Shown: piece after piece, positions 1 to 10,200 of the stretch
Position numbering within the stretch: the stretch's first letter is position 1
Layout of the letters: every line of letters starts with the position of its first letter
Virus record (IMG/VR): IMGVR_UViG_3300018083_000033
Span: 1-56,326 of that record
Origin: a virus
Taxonomy: Duplodnaviria; Caudoviricetes
DNA: 56,326 nt
Direction: 5' to 3' (one strand)
Translations under genes and position numbers: made by a program
Notes under the pieces: model-generated
Seen by the model: only the letters and a program-made list of their open reading frames with translations
The model's database searches: none
What the model was told of the DNA's origin: nothing

Positions 1-42
1 CCTTCGGACGCATGCAGGCAGTTTCAGTGATCTGGAGGCGGC

Positions 43-570
43 ATGGCTAAGGGCGGCAGAAGGAACCATGCAGGCGCCAAGTGTAAGCCTAATGAGATGA
101 AGGTGTTACAAGGCACATTCAGAGAGGACCGACACGGCACCAAAGTGGCGGTTGCGGCGAAGTGGCCGGAGCCTCCGGCGCATCTGAGCGAGCGGGAGCG
201 CGTGCTGTGGGATGGGCTGAAGGAAAGCTGCTCGCCGTGGGTGACGACCTCGGATTGGGTGTCGCTGAATGGCGTGGTGTCGCTGATGGATCGGTTGCTG
301 AAGATTCAGGAGGCGCAGCGGGATCCCGAGGCGCCCACGGCCGGGAGCCCGATCGCGTTCAAGTACACGACGGACGGTGATGGCAACCTGAACGCGGAGC
401 CGAAGGATAACCCGCTGTTTTCGATGGAGCTCAAGTTCTGGACCGGGTTGCGCGGCTACATCGCGATTCTCGGGTTGTCGCCGGCTGACCGCTCACGAGT
501 GGAGAAGCCGGGGCTGGAAGAGAAGCCGGCGAATCCGCTGGATCGGTTCATCAAGAAGGGCCGTGGCTAA
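43..570 (+). CDS. terS: Terminase small subunit (P27-like)
   Basis: Directly upstream of terL; KVLQGT..PPAHLS N-terminus and LGLSPADRSR C-terminal motif typical of P27-type small terminases. Confidence 0.85.
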   Translation: MAKGGRRNHAGAKCKPNEMKVLQGTFREDRHGTKVAVAAKWPEPPAHLSERERVLWDGLKESCSPWVTTSDWVSLNGVVSLMDRLLKIQEAQRDPEAPTAGSPIAFKYTTDGDGNLNAEPKDNPLFSMELKFWTGLRGYIAILGLSPADRSRVEKPGLEEKPANPLDRFIKKGRG

Positions 571-2377
571 GAAACTCGATCCCGTGACGCAGTACGCGAC
601 GGATGTCCGCAACGGCAAAGTTGTGGCGGCGAAACTCGTCCGCCTCGCGTGCTTGCGGCATCTGCGGGATCTCGAGCAGGCCGCGGCGAAGGGGCTGGAA
701 TGGCGTCCATCGGCCGCACAGGACGTGATCGACTTCTTCGCCACCGTGCTGTGCCTGCCGGAAGAAACGCCATCAGAAGAGGCCGTAGACGAGGACGCTG
801 AGCCATCCGAGGGCGGAACGCCGTTCGTGCTGTCGCCGTGGCAGCAGTTCATCGTGGGAAGTCTGTTCGGGTGGTACACCGCGAATGGGTTTAGACGGTT
901 CCGCGTGGCCTACGTGGAGGTGTCGAAGGGCGCCGGCAAGACGCCCATGTTCGCCGGGTGCTTACTGTACATGCTGGTGGCAGAGGGCGAGCGCGGCGCG
1001 CAGTTGTTCTGCTCGGCGGTGACGAAGGATCAGGCGAAGCTGGCCTATACCGACTGCGAGCGGATGGTGCAGTCGTCGCCGCACTTGAAGGCGATTATCG
1101 ACCAGAAAGTCAACAACCTGGCGCTGCTCGAGTCTGGATCGTTCATCCGGCCGATTTCAGCAGAGAAGCGGGGGCTGGACGGGAAGCGCGTGCAGGGCGC
1201 CATCATCGACGAGGAGCACGAGCATCCGACTGACATCGTGTATTTGAAGATGCGTGCTGGCACTAAGGGGCGGCGGAACGCGCTGATCTTCATCCCGACG
1301 AACTCCGGGTTTGACCAGGAGTCGGTCTGCTGGCGGCATCACGACTTCTCCCGTCAGGTGCTCATGGGCGAAGTCGAGAATGATTCATGGTTCGCCTTCG
1401 TGTGCCATCTGGACGCTTGCCCGAAGTGTCAGGAAGCCGGCAAGTATCAGCCATCGGACGACTGCCCGGATTGCGATGACTGGAAGACGGAAGGGCCGCA
1501 CTGGCTGAAAGCCGCGCCGAATCTTGGCGTGTCGATCCCGTGGCAGTACCAGCGGGAGCAGGTGGCCGAGGCCATCAATATCCCGTCACAGCGGAACATG
1601 GTGCGCCGGCTGAACTTCTGCCAGTGGACGCAGCAGGCTGATGTCTGGATCCCGGTGGAGCGGTGGGCGAGCTGCAAGGGGACGATCTTGAGCGCGTCAC
1701 TGGCTGGCCGAGAGTGCTATGTGGGCATCGACTTGTCCGACAAGATCGACCTGTCGTCAGTGGTGCTTATTTTCCCGCGTCCGATTGAGCGCGAGATGGC
1801 CGTGGATGGCATGCCGACACTGGACCGCGCGATCGACGTGCTGCCCTATTTCTGGATGCCGAGGAAGACCCTGCAACGGCGGGCGCAGGAAGACAAGCAG
1901 CCCTATCCTGAGTGGGAGAAGCAGGGGCACATCTTCGCGACGTCAGGTGACTTAGTGGACCACGACGCGATCGTGGACTTCATCATCGAAGTCGTCGCCA
2001 AGAAATACCGGATTCGGCATATCGGATTCGACCAGGCCGGAGCCACGGCGGTGTTCTCTCGGTTGCAGCGCCACTTCGGCGACGAGCTCGTAACGGAAGT
2101 GCCGCAGGGCCATCGTCATCTGTCGGAGCCGTGCAAGGTGTTTGAGGCGCTGATCGTGAGCGGAAACCTGAAGCACGACGGCAATCCTGTGATGCAGATG
2201 TGTGTTGGCAACATGGGCAAGGACGAGAACTCATGGCTGGAGATCCGGCCGGTGAAGTTGAACCAGCGGCAGCGGATTGATGGCGGCGTGGCGTGCATCG
2301 ATTCGATCAAGGTCATGCTGCTGACGCCCTACGAAGGCGAATCCGCCTATGCCACCGAGCGGCAGGTGTGGTTCTGA
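563..2377 (+). CDS. terL: Terminase large subunit
   Basis: Walker A-like SKGAGKT, Walker B IIDEEHEH, nuclease motifs GIDLS...D and RIDG; GTG start overlapping terS. Confidence 0.95.
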   Translation: MAKKLDPVTQYATDVRNGKVVAAKLVRLACLRHLRDLEQAAAKGLEWRPSAAQDVIDFFATVLCLPEETPSEEAVDEDAEPSEGGTPFVLSPWQQFIVGSLFGWYTANGFRRFRVAYVEVSKGAGKTPMFAGCLLYMLVAEGERGAQLFCSAVTKDQAKLAYTDCERMVQSSPHLKAIIDQKVNNLALLESGSFIRPISAEKRGLDGKRVQGAIIDEEHEHPTDIVYLKMRAGTKGRRNALIFIPTNSGFDQESVCWRHHDFSRQVLMGEVENDSWFAFVCHLDACPKCQEAGKYQPSDDCPDCDDWKTEGPHWLKAAPNLGVSIPWQYQREQVAEAINIPSQRNMVRRLNFCQWTQQADVWIPVERWASCKGTILSASLAGRECYVGIDLSDKIDLSSVVLIFPRPIEREMAVDGMPTLDRAIDVLPYFWMPRKTLQRRAQEDKQPYPEWEKQGHIFATSGDLVDHDAIVDFIIEVVAKKYRIRHIGFDQAGATAVFSRLQRHFGDELVTEVPQGHRHLSEPCKVFEALIVSGNLKHDGNPVMQMCVGNMGKDENSWLEIRPVKLNQRQRIDGGVACIDSIKVMLLTPYEGESAYATERQVWF

Positions 2378-2923
2378 ATGGTGTCGTTCATCACCTTTGT
2401 GACGCCCACCTATCGCCGGCCCAAGGGTCTGGCGCGGTGCATGGCGAGCGTGGCCGAGCAGTCCGCCGTGGGGCGCGTGCAACACCTCGTCCTGCCAGAT
2501 TACGCGGGCGTGGGGATCGCGGGCATGTATGCCTCGCTGCCAACGTATCGGGACGCCGTGCGCGGACAGTATGTGTATCTGCTCTGCGATGACGACGAAC
2601 TGGCCGAGATCGATGTCATCGAGAAGGTGGAGCGGTACGCCAAGGATTACCAATACCCGCCCGTCATTCTCGTGGACGTGATTAAGGGCGGGTTGCAGTG
2701 GCCGTCTGGTGAGGCGTGGCCTCCAGTGATGGGGCGCATCGACTTGGGATGCTTGATTGTGCGGGCCGACGTCTGGAAGGCGCACGTCACGGACTACGGC
2801 GCGCGGTACGAAGGCGACTTCGATTTCGCAGCGGCCATTCATGCGGCGGGACACTCGGCGGCGTATCTGCCGCTGCTGTTCGCGGTGGGGGCTGTGAGTC
2901 GCGGTGCAGCGGAGGCCGCGTGA
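2378..2923 (+). CDS. Glycosyltransferase, GT2/GT-A fold
   Basis: N-terminal ITFVTPTYRRP, YVYLLCDDD (DxD), EGDFDF motif. Confidence 0.8.
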   Translation: MVSFITFVTPTYRRPKGLARCMASVAEQSAVGRVQHLVLPDYAGVGIAGMYASLPTYRDAVRGQYVYLLCDDDELAEIDVIEKVERYAKDYQYPPVILVDVIKGGLQWPSGEAWPPVMGRIDLGCLIVRADVWKAHVTDYGARYEGDFDFAAAIHAAGHSAAYLPLLFAVGAVSRGAAEAA

Positions 2924-3987
2924 AGTTCATTCAACCTGCCAAAGCGCTCGCCCATGTCGATCGCCTCGTGGACTGGCGGCGCGGTCAGAAGCCTGCCCCG
3001 GTGACGGTGGAATGGGATCTGTCCAACCGCTGCGTACTCGGCTGTCAAGACTGCCATTTCGCCCACACGCACACGCGCGGGCCGTGGGTGACGGGCAAGC
3101 GCGTCCTGCCGATGGCGTTCGATGGTGTTGGGGATCTGGCGGATCCGGTGCTGGTCAAGCGCGGCCTGCGCGAGATGCACGCCGCAGGCGTCAAGGCGAT
3201 TGTCTGGAGCGGCGGTGGCGAGCCGACCACACATCCGCAGTGGCTCGAGATCGTGCGCTACGCGGCCAGCCTGGGGCTCGAGCAGGGCATGTATACCCTC
3301 GGCGGGTTGCTGACCCAGAAGGACGCGGCCGAACTGCGAGAACTGGCAACGTGGGTGGTCGTCTCGCTGGACTGTGCGGATGCCGGGAGTTACTCGCTGG
3401 AAAAGCATGTGCCGCCGGAGCGGTTCGCGCATGCCTGCAACGGCCTGCGGTGGCTGTCGGGTGGGAAAGCCGCGATCGGGGCCTCGTTTCTGCTGCATGC
3501 GGGGAACTGGCGCAAGGCGTCCGACATGCTGGAACTGGCGCGGTCGCTCGGGGCCACGTATGCCACCTTCCGGCCCGTGATCGACACCTCGCCAGCGAAT
3601 CCCAGCGAGCCGCGAGGGAATCGGGCGTGGATTACGGATGCGCGGTTGAAGCTGGCGATCCTCAGTCGGCAGTCTGACGTGGAGCTCGACGTGGATCGGT
3701 TCCTCGCCTATCGGGATTGGCATGGGCGGGACTACCAGACGTGCAAAGCCATTCAGTTGCACGCCACCGTGACGCCAGACGGGCGGGTGTGGGTGTGTCC
3801 GCAGCGCCGCGGGGTGGCTGGGTCGATGGTGGGGGATCTGCGCGCGCAGTCCTTCGCGCAACTGTGGGCGCAGCATCCGGGGCAGTGGACAGCGTTTGCC
3901 GACTGTAGAGCCATGTGCCGCTTACATTTAGCGAACGAGCAGATCGCCGCACTAGAAGCGCCGCGGGCGCATGAGGCGTTCGTATGA
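2920..3987 (+). CDS. Radical SAM protein with SPASM/twitch-like C-terminus
   Basis: CVLGCQDC (CxxxCxxC), SGGGEPT, C-terminal C...TPDGRVWVC...GDL...C..C; start reassigned to GTG 2920 (GTGA overlap). Confidence 0.9.
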   Translation: MKFIQPAKALAHVDRLVDWRRGQKPAPVTVEWDLSNRCVLGCQDCHFAHTHTRGPWVTGKRVLPMAFDGVGDLADPVLVKRGLREMHAAGVKAIVWSGGGEPTTHPQWLEIVRYAASLGLEQGMYTLGGLLTQKDAAELRELATWVVVSLDCADAGSYSLEKHVPPERFAHACNGLRWLSGGKAAIGASFLLHAGNWRKASDMLELARSLGATYATFRPVIDTSPANPSEPRGNRAWITDARLKLAILSRQSDVELDVDRFLAYRDWHGRDYQTCKAIQLHATVTPDGRVWVCPQRRGVAGSMVGDLRAQSFAQLWAQHPGQWTAFADCRAMCRLHLANEQIAALEAPRAHEAFV

Positions 3988-4940
3988 ACATCTGCGTGAT
4001 TCACAACGAGCAAGTCTCGTGGTCGATTGCGGATGTGCGCGATGGCCTTGTCTACGGCCTGCGTGCGAACGGCCACACGGTCACCGATGATCGCGCCGCG
4101 GCCGACTGGTTCATCCTCGTGAATCCGATGTTCCAGACACCGGAGACGATTGCCGAACTGCGGATGGTGGCACCCGTGGCCGGCCTGATGACCGAGACGC
4201 CCTACGACATCGACCGCGAGTTGGTCTGCGCTGGCCTGATTGACGGCGGCTGGACGCATGAGCGGGTGAGCGTGGCGGAATTCCAGAAGGTCAACCCGCG
4301 CTTTGGCTATCTGCCGCATGCCTGGCACCCGGAACGGCATGGGCTAGTAACAGCGGATCCGAACGTGCCCGCGCATGACGTGGTGCTGGTCGGCTCAGGG
4401 TTTGGCGAGCGGATCGCGTGGATTAACGCGATGGACTGGACCGACATTGACCTGGGGCTGTACGGCATCTGGCATGGCCTTGGGGTGAGCACGCACTGGC
4501 AGCGCTGCATCAAGGGCGGGATTACTGACAACGCCAAAGCCGTGGCGCTGTATCGACGGGCGACGATTGGGCTCAACCTGTATCGGACCAAGGAGGGCCG
4601 CAAGTGGCCTCCCGCGCCACCGCAGAACATCCACGCGGAGTCACTGAGCCCGCGGTCGTATGAGCTGGCGGCGTGCGGCGTGTTTCAGATCAGCAATTAC
4701 CGCAAGGAAGTGGCCGAGAAGTTCGGCGATGCGGTGCCCATCATCCATCAGGACCACACGAGCGCGGAGTTACTGGCAGAGGATCGGGCGATGTTGCTGC
4801 ACTTCCTGCGGCCGGAGTTGGTGTTGGATCGCGCGGCACGCGCAGAGCGCACGTGGCTGAACGTGCAGCAGGATTCATGGACAGAGCGCGCGGCCACGGT
4901 GGTCGCCAATCTGAAGGAATGGAGCACGGTGACGGTATGA
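3984..4940 (+). CDS. Glycosyltransferase (CgeB-like, GT-B fold)
   Basis: DVVLVGSGFGER, ATIGLNLYR and SPRSYELAACGVFQIS motifs. Confidence 0.8.
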   Translation: MNICVIHNEQVSWSIADVRDGLVYGLRANGHTVTDDRAAADWFILVNPMFQTPETIAELRMVAPVAGLMTETPYDIDRELVCAGLIDGGWTHERVSVAEFQKVNPRFGYLPHAWHPERHGLVTADPNVPAHDVVLVGSGFGERIAWINAMDWTDIDLGLYGIWHGLGVSTHWQRCIKGGITDNAKAVALYRRATIGLNLYRTKEGRKWPPAPPQNIHAESLSPRSYELAACGVFQISNYRKEVAEKFGDAVPIIHQDHTSAELLAEDRAMLLHFLRPELVLDRAARAERTWLNVQQDSWTERAATVVANLKEWSTVTV

Positions 4941-5245
4941 CGGAAGCTCTCTTAGACGCACTGCGGCCGATCGCATCGACGATTCACGACGAAGGCTCAC
5001 GGCTGGCGCGGTCGCTGCGCGGATCTAGCGCCAACGAGGATCAGGTGCGCGAGCATCTGCGGAACTGCTTGAAGGCGTGCGAGGCGGCGGTGGCGGCGTT
5101 GGATCCGAAGCCCGTGGTGGCTGTCAAGTATGAGCCAGTAACCGAAACGCGGGTCGATTCCGGCGTCAAGGTTGAATTGCCAACCGTGCCGCCCAATCGC
5201 GAGATACGCGATGGCGACGTGGCGCCGCGCAAGCCCAGAAAGTAA
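4937..5245 (+). CDS. Hypothetical protein
   Basis: ATGA-coupled to the upstream gene (MTEALLDALR...). Confidence 0.6.
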   Translation: MTEALLDALRPIASTIHDEGSRLARSLRGSSANEDQVREHLRNCLKACEAAVAALDPKPVVAVKYEPVTETRVDSGVKVELPTVPPNREIRDGDVAPRKPRK

Positions 5246-5275
5246 GCACGTTCCGCGCCTTCTCAGGAGACGCCG

Positions 5276-7828
5276 TTGTCTAGACTCGAAATCGATCGGC
5301 CGCGCACCAAGCCCTCGTTGTGGGATCGGTTCCGTAGCTACACCCTCGGGCCGCTGACCTCGAACGATCCCGCGCTGCGGAAGTACTTTTCCAGCGGGGA
5401 AGGCACGGCGACCGGCGTACAGGTGAGCGAATACACGGCGCTTAACTATTCAGCGGTCTGGTCTGCGGTGAACCTGATTGCTGGCGACGTCGCGAGCCTG
5501 CCGCTGGAACTGTATAAGCGCGAAGGCAAGAACAAGGAGCGCTATAGCGCCCATCCGCTGTATCGGCTGCTGCATGATTCACCGAACCCGGAGATGTCCT
5601 CGCTGACGTTCCGGCAGGTGCTTCAGGCACACGTCCTGACCTGGGGCAACGGGTACGCGGAAATCGAGCGCGACACGGTTGGCAGGCCCAAGCATCTGTG
5701 GCCATTGACGCCGGAGCGGGTGACGCCGCTGCACGAGAACGGACGCCTGACGTATCGCGTGACCCAGCAGAACGGGAAGGACATCCCTTTCGATCCCGCC
5801 AACATGCTGCATATCCCAGGACTGGGATGGGACGGTGTGCAGGGATATTCGCCCATCGCCAAGGCGCGCGAGTCGGTGGCTCTCGGGTTGGCCGCAGAGA
5901 AGTTCGGGGCCACGTTCTACGGCAATGGCTCGACGTTCGGCGGCGTCATCACGCACCCGACGAAGTTTGCCACACCGCAGGCGCGTGAGAACTTTGAGAA
6001 GGCGCTGAAGGGCCGATCGCAGGGCGTCTCGCGGGCACACGGTCTGCTGTTAATGGAAGAGGGCATGACGTATGCCCAGATGGGCATCCCGCCGAACGAG
6101 GCGCAGTTCCTCGAGTCGCGGATGTTCCAGATTACCGAAGTGGCGCGGTGGTTCAACGTCCCGCCGCACAAGATCGGCGACCTGTCCCGCTCGACGAATA
6201 ACAACATCGAGCAGCAGACACAAGACTATCTCCAGACGACCCTGCTTCGCTGGCTGGAGGCGTGGGAGCAGGAGTTGATGCGGAAGCTGATCTCGCCGCT
6301 AGAGCGGAATCAGCAGTTCATCGAGCACAACTTAGACGGATTCCTGCGGGCGGATTCACAGGGGCGCGCGGCGCTGGAGGCCACCGAGTTCAACATCGGG
6401 GCGCTGACGCCGAACGATGCGCGGGCGCTCGCCAACCGCAATCCTGTGGAGGGCGGGGATCGGGCGTTCGTGCAGATGAACATGATGCCGCTCGATCGCG
6501 TGGACGAGTGGATCAACGCACAGATCGAAAGTCTGAAGCCGAAGCCCACGGCGCCGCCGACTCGGAGCGCGGAGGACGAGGCGCTGATTGCGGCCCTTCG
6601 CAGTGATGTGACCGAGGCGTACGAAGAGCGCACGGTCGCGGCAGAGACGCAGGCGAAGGCGCTGTCAGGGCTGATTGACGATCTGACCGCGGCGAAGGTG
6701 GGACAGACAGAATTGCGCGCGGAGGTGGCTGCTGAGAAGGGACTCCGCATCGCCGTCGAAGAGCGCATCGAGGCATTGACTGAACAACTGGCGGTCAATG
6801 CCTCACTTTTGAAGGACGTTGAGGAGCGGCTGGCGATTGCTGCCGATACGGCCAAGGTGCTCAACGCCGAGAACGCGGCGGTATCTGCCGAGCGCGACGA
6901 GATCGCCGGCACGGTTGCCGCTGCGGTGGCTGAGGCCAAGCAGTGCCGCATCCTCCACGACAGCGCCAAGGATCACGAGCGCGTGATGGTGGCCGAGCGT
7001 AACGAGGCGCTGGCGGCGCTGGCGCATATAGCTGAACTGCTGGACGGCGCACAGACGGCGCTGGCTGCTGAACAGGCCGAACGGGCACGCGAGCAGGCAG
7101 AATCAGCCGCCAAGGTGGAAGCGCTCGAGCGCGAAGCCTTCGGGCAGAGTGATGTGATTGCCACGCTGACGACCGAGAAGGCGAAACTGACCGCGGAGCG
7201 CGACGAATACGGCGAGACGGCTGGCATGGCGAACGAGGCCGGGGCGAATGCCGTGATTGCCGCGAAGGAAGCGCAAGAGCGGGCACTACAGGCCCAATCG
7301 GCGCAGGCGCAGGCCGAACAGCGAGCCGAGCTCGCCGAACGCGACAAGGGCATTGCAGAGGCCGCGCAGGCGGCATCCAGCGCCACATTGGAGCAGATGC
7401 GTCAGGCCTACGCGGATAAGGTGACGGCGGTCACGACCGCGCATCGGGCGTTGATGGCTGACGCCATGCGGCGCGTGCTGGCGAAGGAAACAGACCGGGC
7501 GAGACGCCACCAGGCTACGCCGCAAAAGCTGCGGGCGTGGATGGGCACGTTCTACCAGGAACACGTTGAGACGATCGCGGATGTGCTCCGGCCGGTGATT
7601 GCGGCACAGCTCGCATGGCGGCAGTCTGACGCGGATCCGGTGGCGCTGGCGACGGCGATCGCCACGGCGCACTGTGAGACGTCGCAGGAGCAGTTGCGGA
7701 TGGTGGCAGCGGTGGAGGACTTCTCGGCCAGCTTTGAGAAGCTGCTACAGCGGTGGGAGGCGAACCGGCCTGAAGCGGTTGCCGATCAGTTCATGCAGGA
7801 GGGCGTGTCCCATGTCCGCAACATCTGA
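5276..7828 (+). CDS. HK97-family portal protein with long C-terminal coiled-coil extension
   Basis: SAVWSAVNLIAGDVASLP, WGNGYAEI, EAQFLESR...VARWFNVPPHKIG in the first ~420 aa; Ala/Glu-rich helical remainder. Confidence 0.93.
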   Translation: MSRLEIDRPRTKPSLWDRFRSYTLGPLTSNDPALRKYFSSGEGTATGVQVSEYTALNYSAVWSAVNLIAGDVASLPLELYKREGKNKERYSAHPLYRLLHDSPNPEMSSLTFRQVLQAHVLTWGNGYAEIERDTVGRPKHLWPLTPERVTPLHENGRLTYRVTQQNGKDIPFDPANMLHIPGLGWDGVQGYSPIAKARESVALGLAAEKFGATFYGNGSTFGGVITHPTKFATPQARENFEKALKGRSQGVSRAHGLLLMEEGMTYAQMGIPPNEAQFLESRMFQITEVARWFNVPPHKIGDLSRSTNNNIEQQTQDYLQTTLLRWLEAWEQELMRKLISPLERNQQFIEHNLDGFLRADSQGRAALEATEFNIGALTPNDARALANRNPVEGGDRAFVQMNMMPLDRVDEWINAQIESLKPKPTAPPTRSAEDEALIAALRSDVTEAYEERTVAAETQAKALSGLIDDLTAAKVGQTELRAEVAAEKGLRIAVEERIEALTEQLAVNASLLKDVEERLAIAADTAKVLNAENAAVSAERDEIAGTVAAAVAEAKQCRILHDSAKDHERVMVAERNEALAALAHIAELLDGAQTALAAEQAERAREQAESAAKVEALEREAFGQSDVIATLTTEKAKLTAERDEYGETAGMANEAGANAVIAAKEAQERALQAQSAQAQAEQRAELAERDKGIAEAAQAASSATLEQMRQAYADKVTAVTTAHRALMADAMRRVLAKETDRARRHQATPQKLRAWMGTFYQEHVETIADVLRPVIAAQLAWRQSDADPVALATAIATAHCETSQEQLRMVAAVEDFSASFEKLLQRWEANRPEAVADQFMQEGVSHVRNI

Positions 7829-8375
7829 GTACGAACGCCGTTACATCGGCGAGTGCCGGATCGATCCAAACGACGACCGGAAGATCCGAGGGATGGCGAT
7901 TGTGTTCAACAGCCGCTCCGTGAATCTGGGCGGGTTCACCGAGATTATCAAGCCAGCCGCCGTGGATCGGGCCATCAAAGAGAACTCCGACGTGCGCGCG
8001 CTGGTGGATCACGACAGTTCCAAGATCATGGGCCGCACGCGGGCTGGCACGCTGCAACTGCGTAAGACGGCGAAGGGGCTGGGCGTGGAGATTGAGCCAC
8101 CGAACACCAGTTACGCGCGGGACGTGCTCGAATCTGTGGCCCGCGGGGATATTTCTGGCATGTCGTTCGGGTTCCGCGTGATCGAGGACGACTGGCATGT
8201 CGAAGATGGCGAACCCGTGCGGGAAGTGCTGGACATGGAGTTGCGCGAGGTGTCGATCGTCAGCTTCCCGGCCTATGAGGCCACCAGCGTGGACGTGGCG
8301 AAGCGGTCACTGCAAGCGTTCCTCAAAACCAAAGGCCACGACGCGAAGTATTACCGCATGCGGATGGCGAGATGA
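7812..8375 (+). CDS. HK97-family prohead protease
   Basis: ALVDHD, GMSFGF, EVSIVSFPAY motifs; start reassigned to ATG 7812. Confidence 0.93.
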   Translation: MSATSEYERRYIGECRIDPNDDRKIRGMAIVFNSRSVNLGGFTEIIKPAAVDRAIKENSDVRALVDHDSSKIMGRTRAGTLQLRKTAKGLGVEIEPPNTSYARDVLESVARGDISGMSFGFRVIEDDWHVEDGEPVREVLDMELREVSIVSFPAYEATSVDVAKRSLQAFLKTKGHDAKYYRMRMAR

Positions 8376-8563
8376 AGAAGCGCGGTGCGCCGCTAAAGGC
8401 TAACGCGCTGCGGTCGTCTATCTCGCTGCGCGTGCCCGAACGCGTCCACGACGATTTGATACAGCGAGCCGCGGCGGCGGATGTGACTCCGGCCGAGTGG
8501 GCGCGGCGGGCTGTCTTTTCCGTACTCTACAAATCTCAAAGCACGAAAGGCGTGCCACACTAG
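8372..8563 (+). CDS. Small ribbon-helix-helix-like DNA-binding protein
   Basis: ISLRVPERVHDDL...AEWARRAV pattern; ATGA coupling. Confidence 0.55.
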   Translation: MKKRGAPLKANALRSSISLRVPERVHDDLIQRAAAADVTPAEWARRAVFSVLYKSQSTKGVPH

Positions 8564-8771
8564 ACAGTAATAGCATCGACACGAGTCCTACCACCGCGCG
8601 GACGGAGATCCACGCGCTGGTTGCGACGACATCAGTGGCCGAGTCCTGCGGCGTTGGGGCGCGGTTCACATGGCGGACACCAAAACAACTTTTGGTCTTC
8701 GCCTGTGGGCTGCGCCCTTTGTCGTTTAGGCAACAGGCACCGGCTGTCCCCCAGGCGGAAGGGGAACAGTA

Positions 8772-10133
8772 ATGGATCAGACCGAGCTCCTGGCAAAGAA
8801 AAAGGAAGTCCTCGACGAAGCGCGGGCCATCCACGCCCGCGTGCAGAACGAGCAGAACGGCGAGTGGCGCGGCGACGAGGAGGCCAAGTGGGAAGGCCTC
8901 ATGAAGCAGTCCGATAAGTATCAGGCCGAAGTCGAGCGCATGGCGCGCATGGACTCGGCCGAGAAGCTGCTGGCTGGCGCTGACGCCTCTGTGGGGCGCC
9001 GTAGCGATGCGCCCGCGCAGCAGTCGCGCGAAGCGCAGCACTACGGCAAGGCCACGCAGCAGGATGCTGACATGGCCCTCCGTGGCTGGCTGCTCGGCAA
9101 CGGCAAGAAGAACGGAGCCACCGAGGCGCACCGCGCCGCCGCACAGAAGTGCGCGATCGACATCGGCGAAGGCGCAATCGAACTGAAGCTGCCGCCGCCG
9201 CTGCGTTCACTGCATGCGCACGACATCGAAGCATGGGAGAAGCGCGCGGCAATGGGCGTGGGCTCTGGCGCGATTGGTCTCTACAGCTCGCCGGATTCGC
9301 CGATGGGCGCGCTTGAGCGTGCCCTTCTCGCATTTGGTGGGATGCGCCAGGTTGCTAAGGTGTTCCGCACGGCCTCGGGCACGGATATGCCGTTCCCGAC
9401 GACCAACGATACCGGCAATGCCGGGGCGCTGCTCGCGGAGAACACGCAGGTCGCCGAGGTGGATGCGACGTTCGGCCAGCTCGTGCTCAACAGCTTCAAG
9501 TACTCGTCGAAGCTGGTGCTGGTTGCGCGTGAACTGCTGAACGATTCGGCGGTCAATATACCCGAGATGCTCGGATCGATGCTCGGCGAGCGCATCGGCC
9601 GCATCCAGAACACGCACTTCACCACGGGCGACGCGTCGTCCAAGCCGAACGGTATCGTGACGGCGGCGACCTCGGCGTCCATCACCACCGCAGCCGCGGC
9701 CACGGTGACCTACGACAACCTCGTGGATCTGGTCCACAAGGTTGATCCGGCCTACCGTCCGCAGTCGAAGTTCATGTTCCACGACGGCGCACTCAAGATC
9801 GTGCGCAAGCTCAAGATCATGAACTACAGCGGCGACGTCAACGGCCAGCCGCTCTGGCAACCCTCGCTGTCGGCGGGCGTCTCGGACACCATCCTGGGTT
9901 ACGAGTACGTCATCAATCAGGACGTCGTGACACCGGGCGCCGGTACCAAGTCGTTCATCTTCGGGCTCCTCTCTAAGTACCTCATTCGCGACGTCGAGGA
10001 TCTGCGCCTCGTGCGGATGGACGAGCGCTACGCCGACTACGACCAGGTTGGGTTCACCGCGTTCATGCGGTCGGACGGTGACTTGCTCGACGCCGGCACG
10101 CACCCCGTCTACTACATGACGCAGGGCTCGTAA
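8772..10133 (+). CDS. HK97-fold major capsid protein with N-terminal delta domain
   Basis: Coiled-coil N-terminus, VARELLNDSAVNI, TGDASSKPNGI, GQPLWQPSL, ERYADYDQVGF. Confidence 0.95.
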   Translation: MDQTELLAKKKEVLDEARAIHARVQNEQNGEWRGDEEAKWEGLMKQSDKYQAEVERMARMDSAEKLLAGADASVGRRSDAPAQQSREAQHYGKATQQDADMALRGWLLGNGKKNGATEAHRAAAQKCAIDIGEGAIELKLPPPLRSLHAHDIEAWEKRAAMGVGSGAIGLYSSPDSPMGALERALLAFGGMRQVAKVFRTASGTDMPFPTTNDTGNAGALLAENTQVAEVDATFGQLVLNSFKYSSKLVLVARELLNDSAVNIPEMLGSMLGERIGRIQNTHFTTGDASSKPNGIVTAATSASITTAAAATVTYDNLVDLVHKVDPAYRPQSKFMFHDGALKIVRKLKIMNYSGDVNGQPLWQPSLSAGVSDTILGYEYVINQDVVTPGAGTKSFIFGLLSKYLIRDVEDLRLVRMDERYADYDQVGFTAFMRSDGDLLDAGTHPVYYMTQGS

Positions 10134-10143
10134 CAGAGACGTG

Positions 10144-10180
10144 GGCGGCGCATCCGTTTGGGTGCGCCGCCTGTCCATTT
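10144..10180 (+). terminator. Hairpin after the capsid gene (weak intrinsic terminator or processing site)
   Basis: GGCGGCGCATCC-GTTT-GGGTGCGCCGCC stem followed by an imperfect T tract. Confidence 0.55.
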
Positions 10181-10200
10181 GACAGCAGAAGGAGCAGGGA

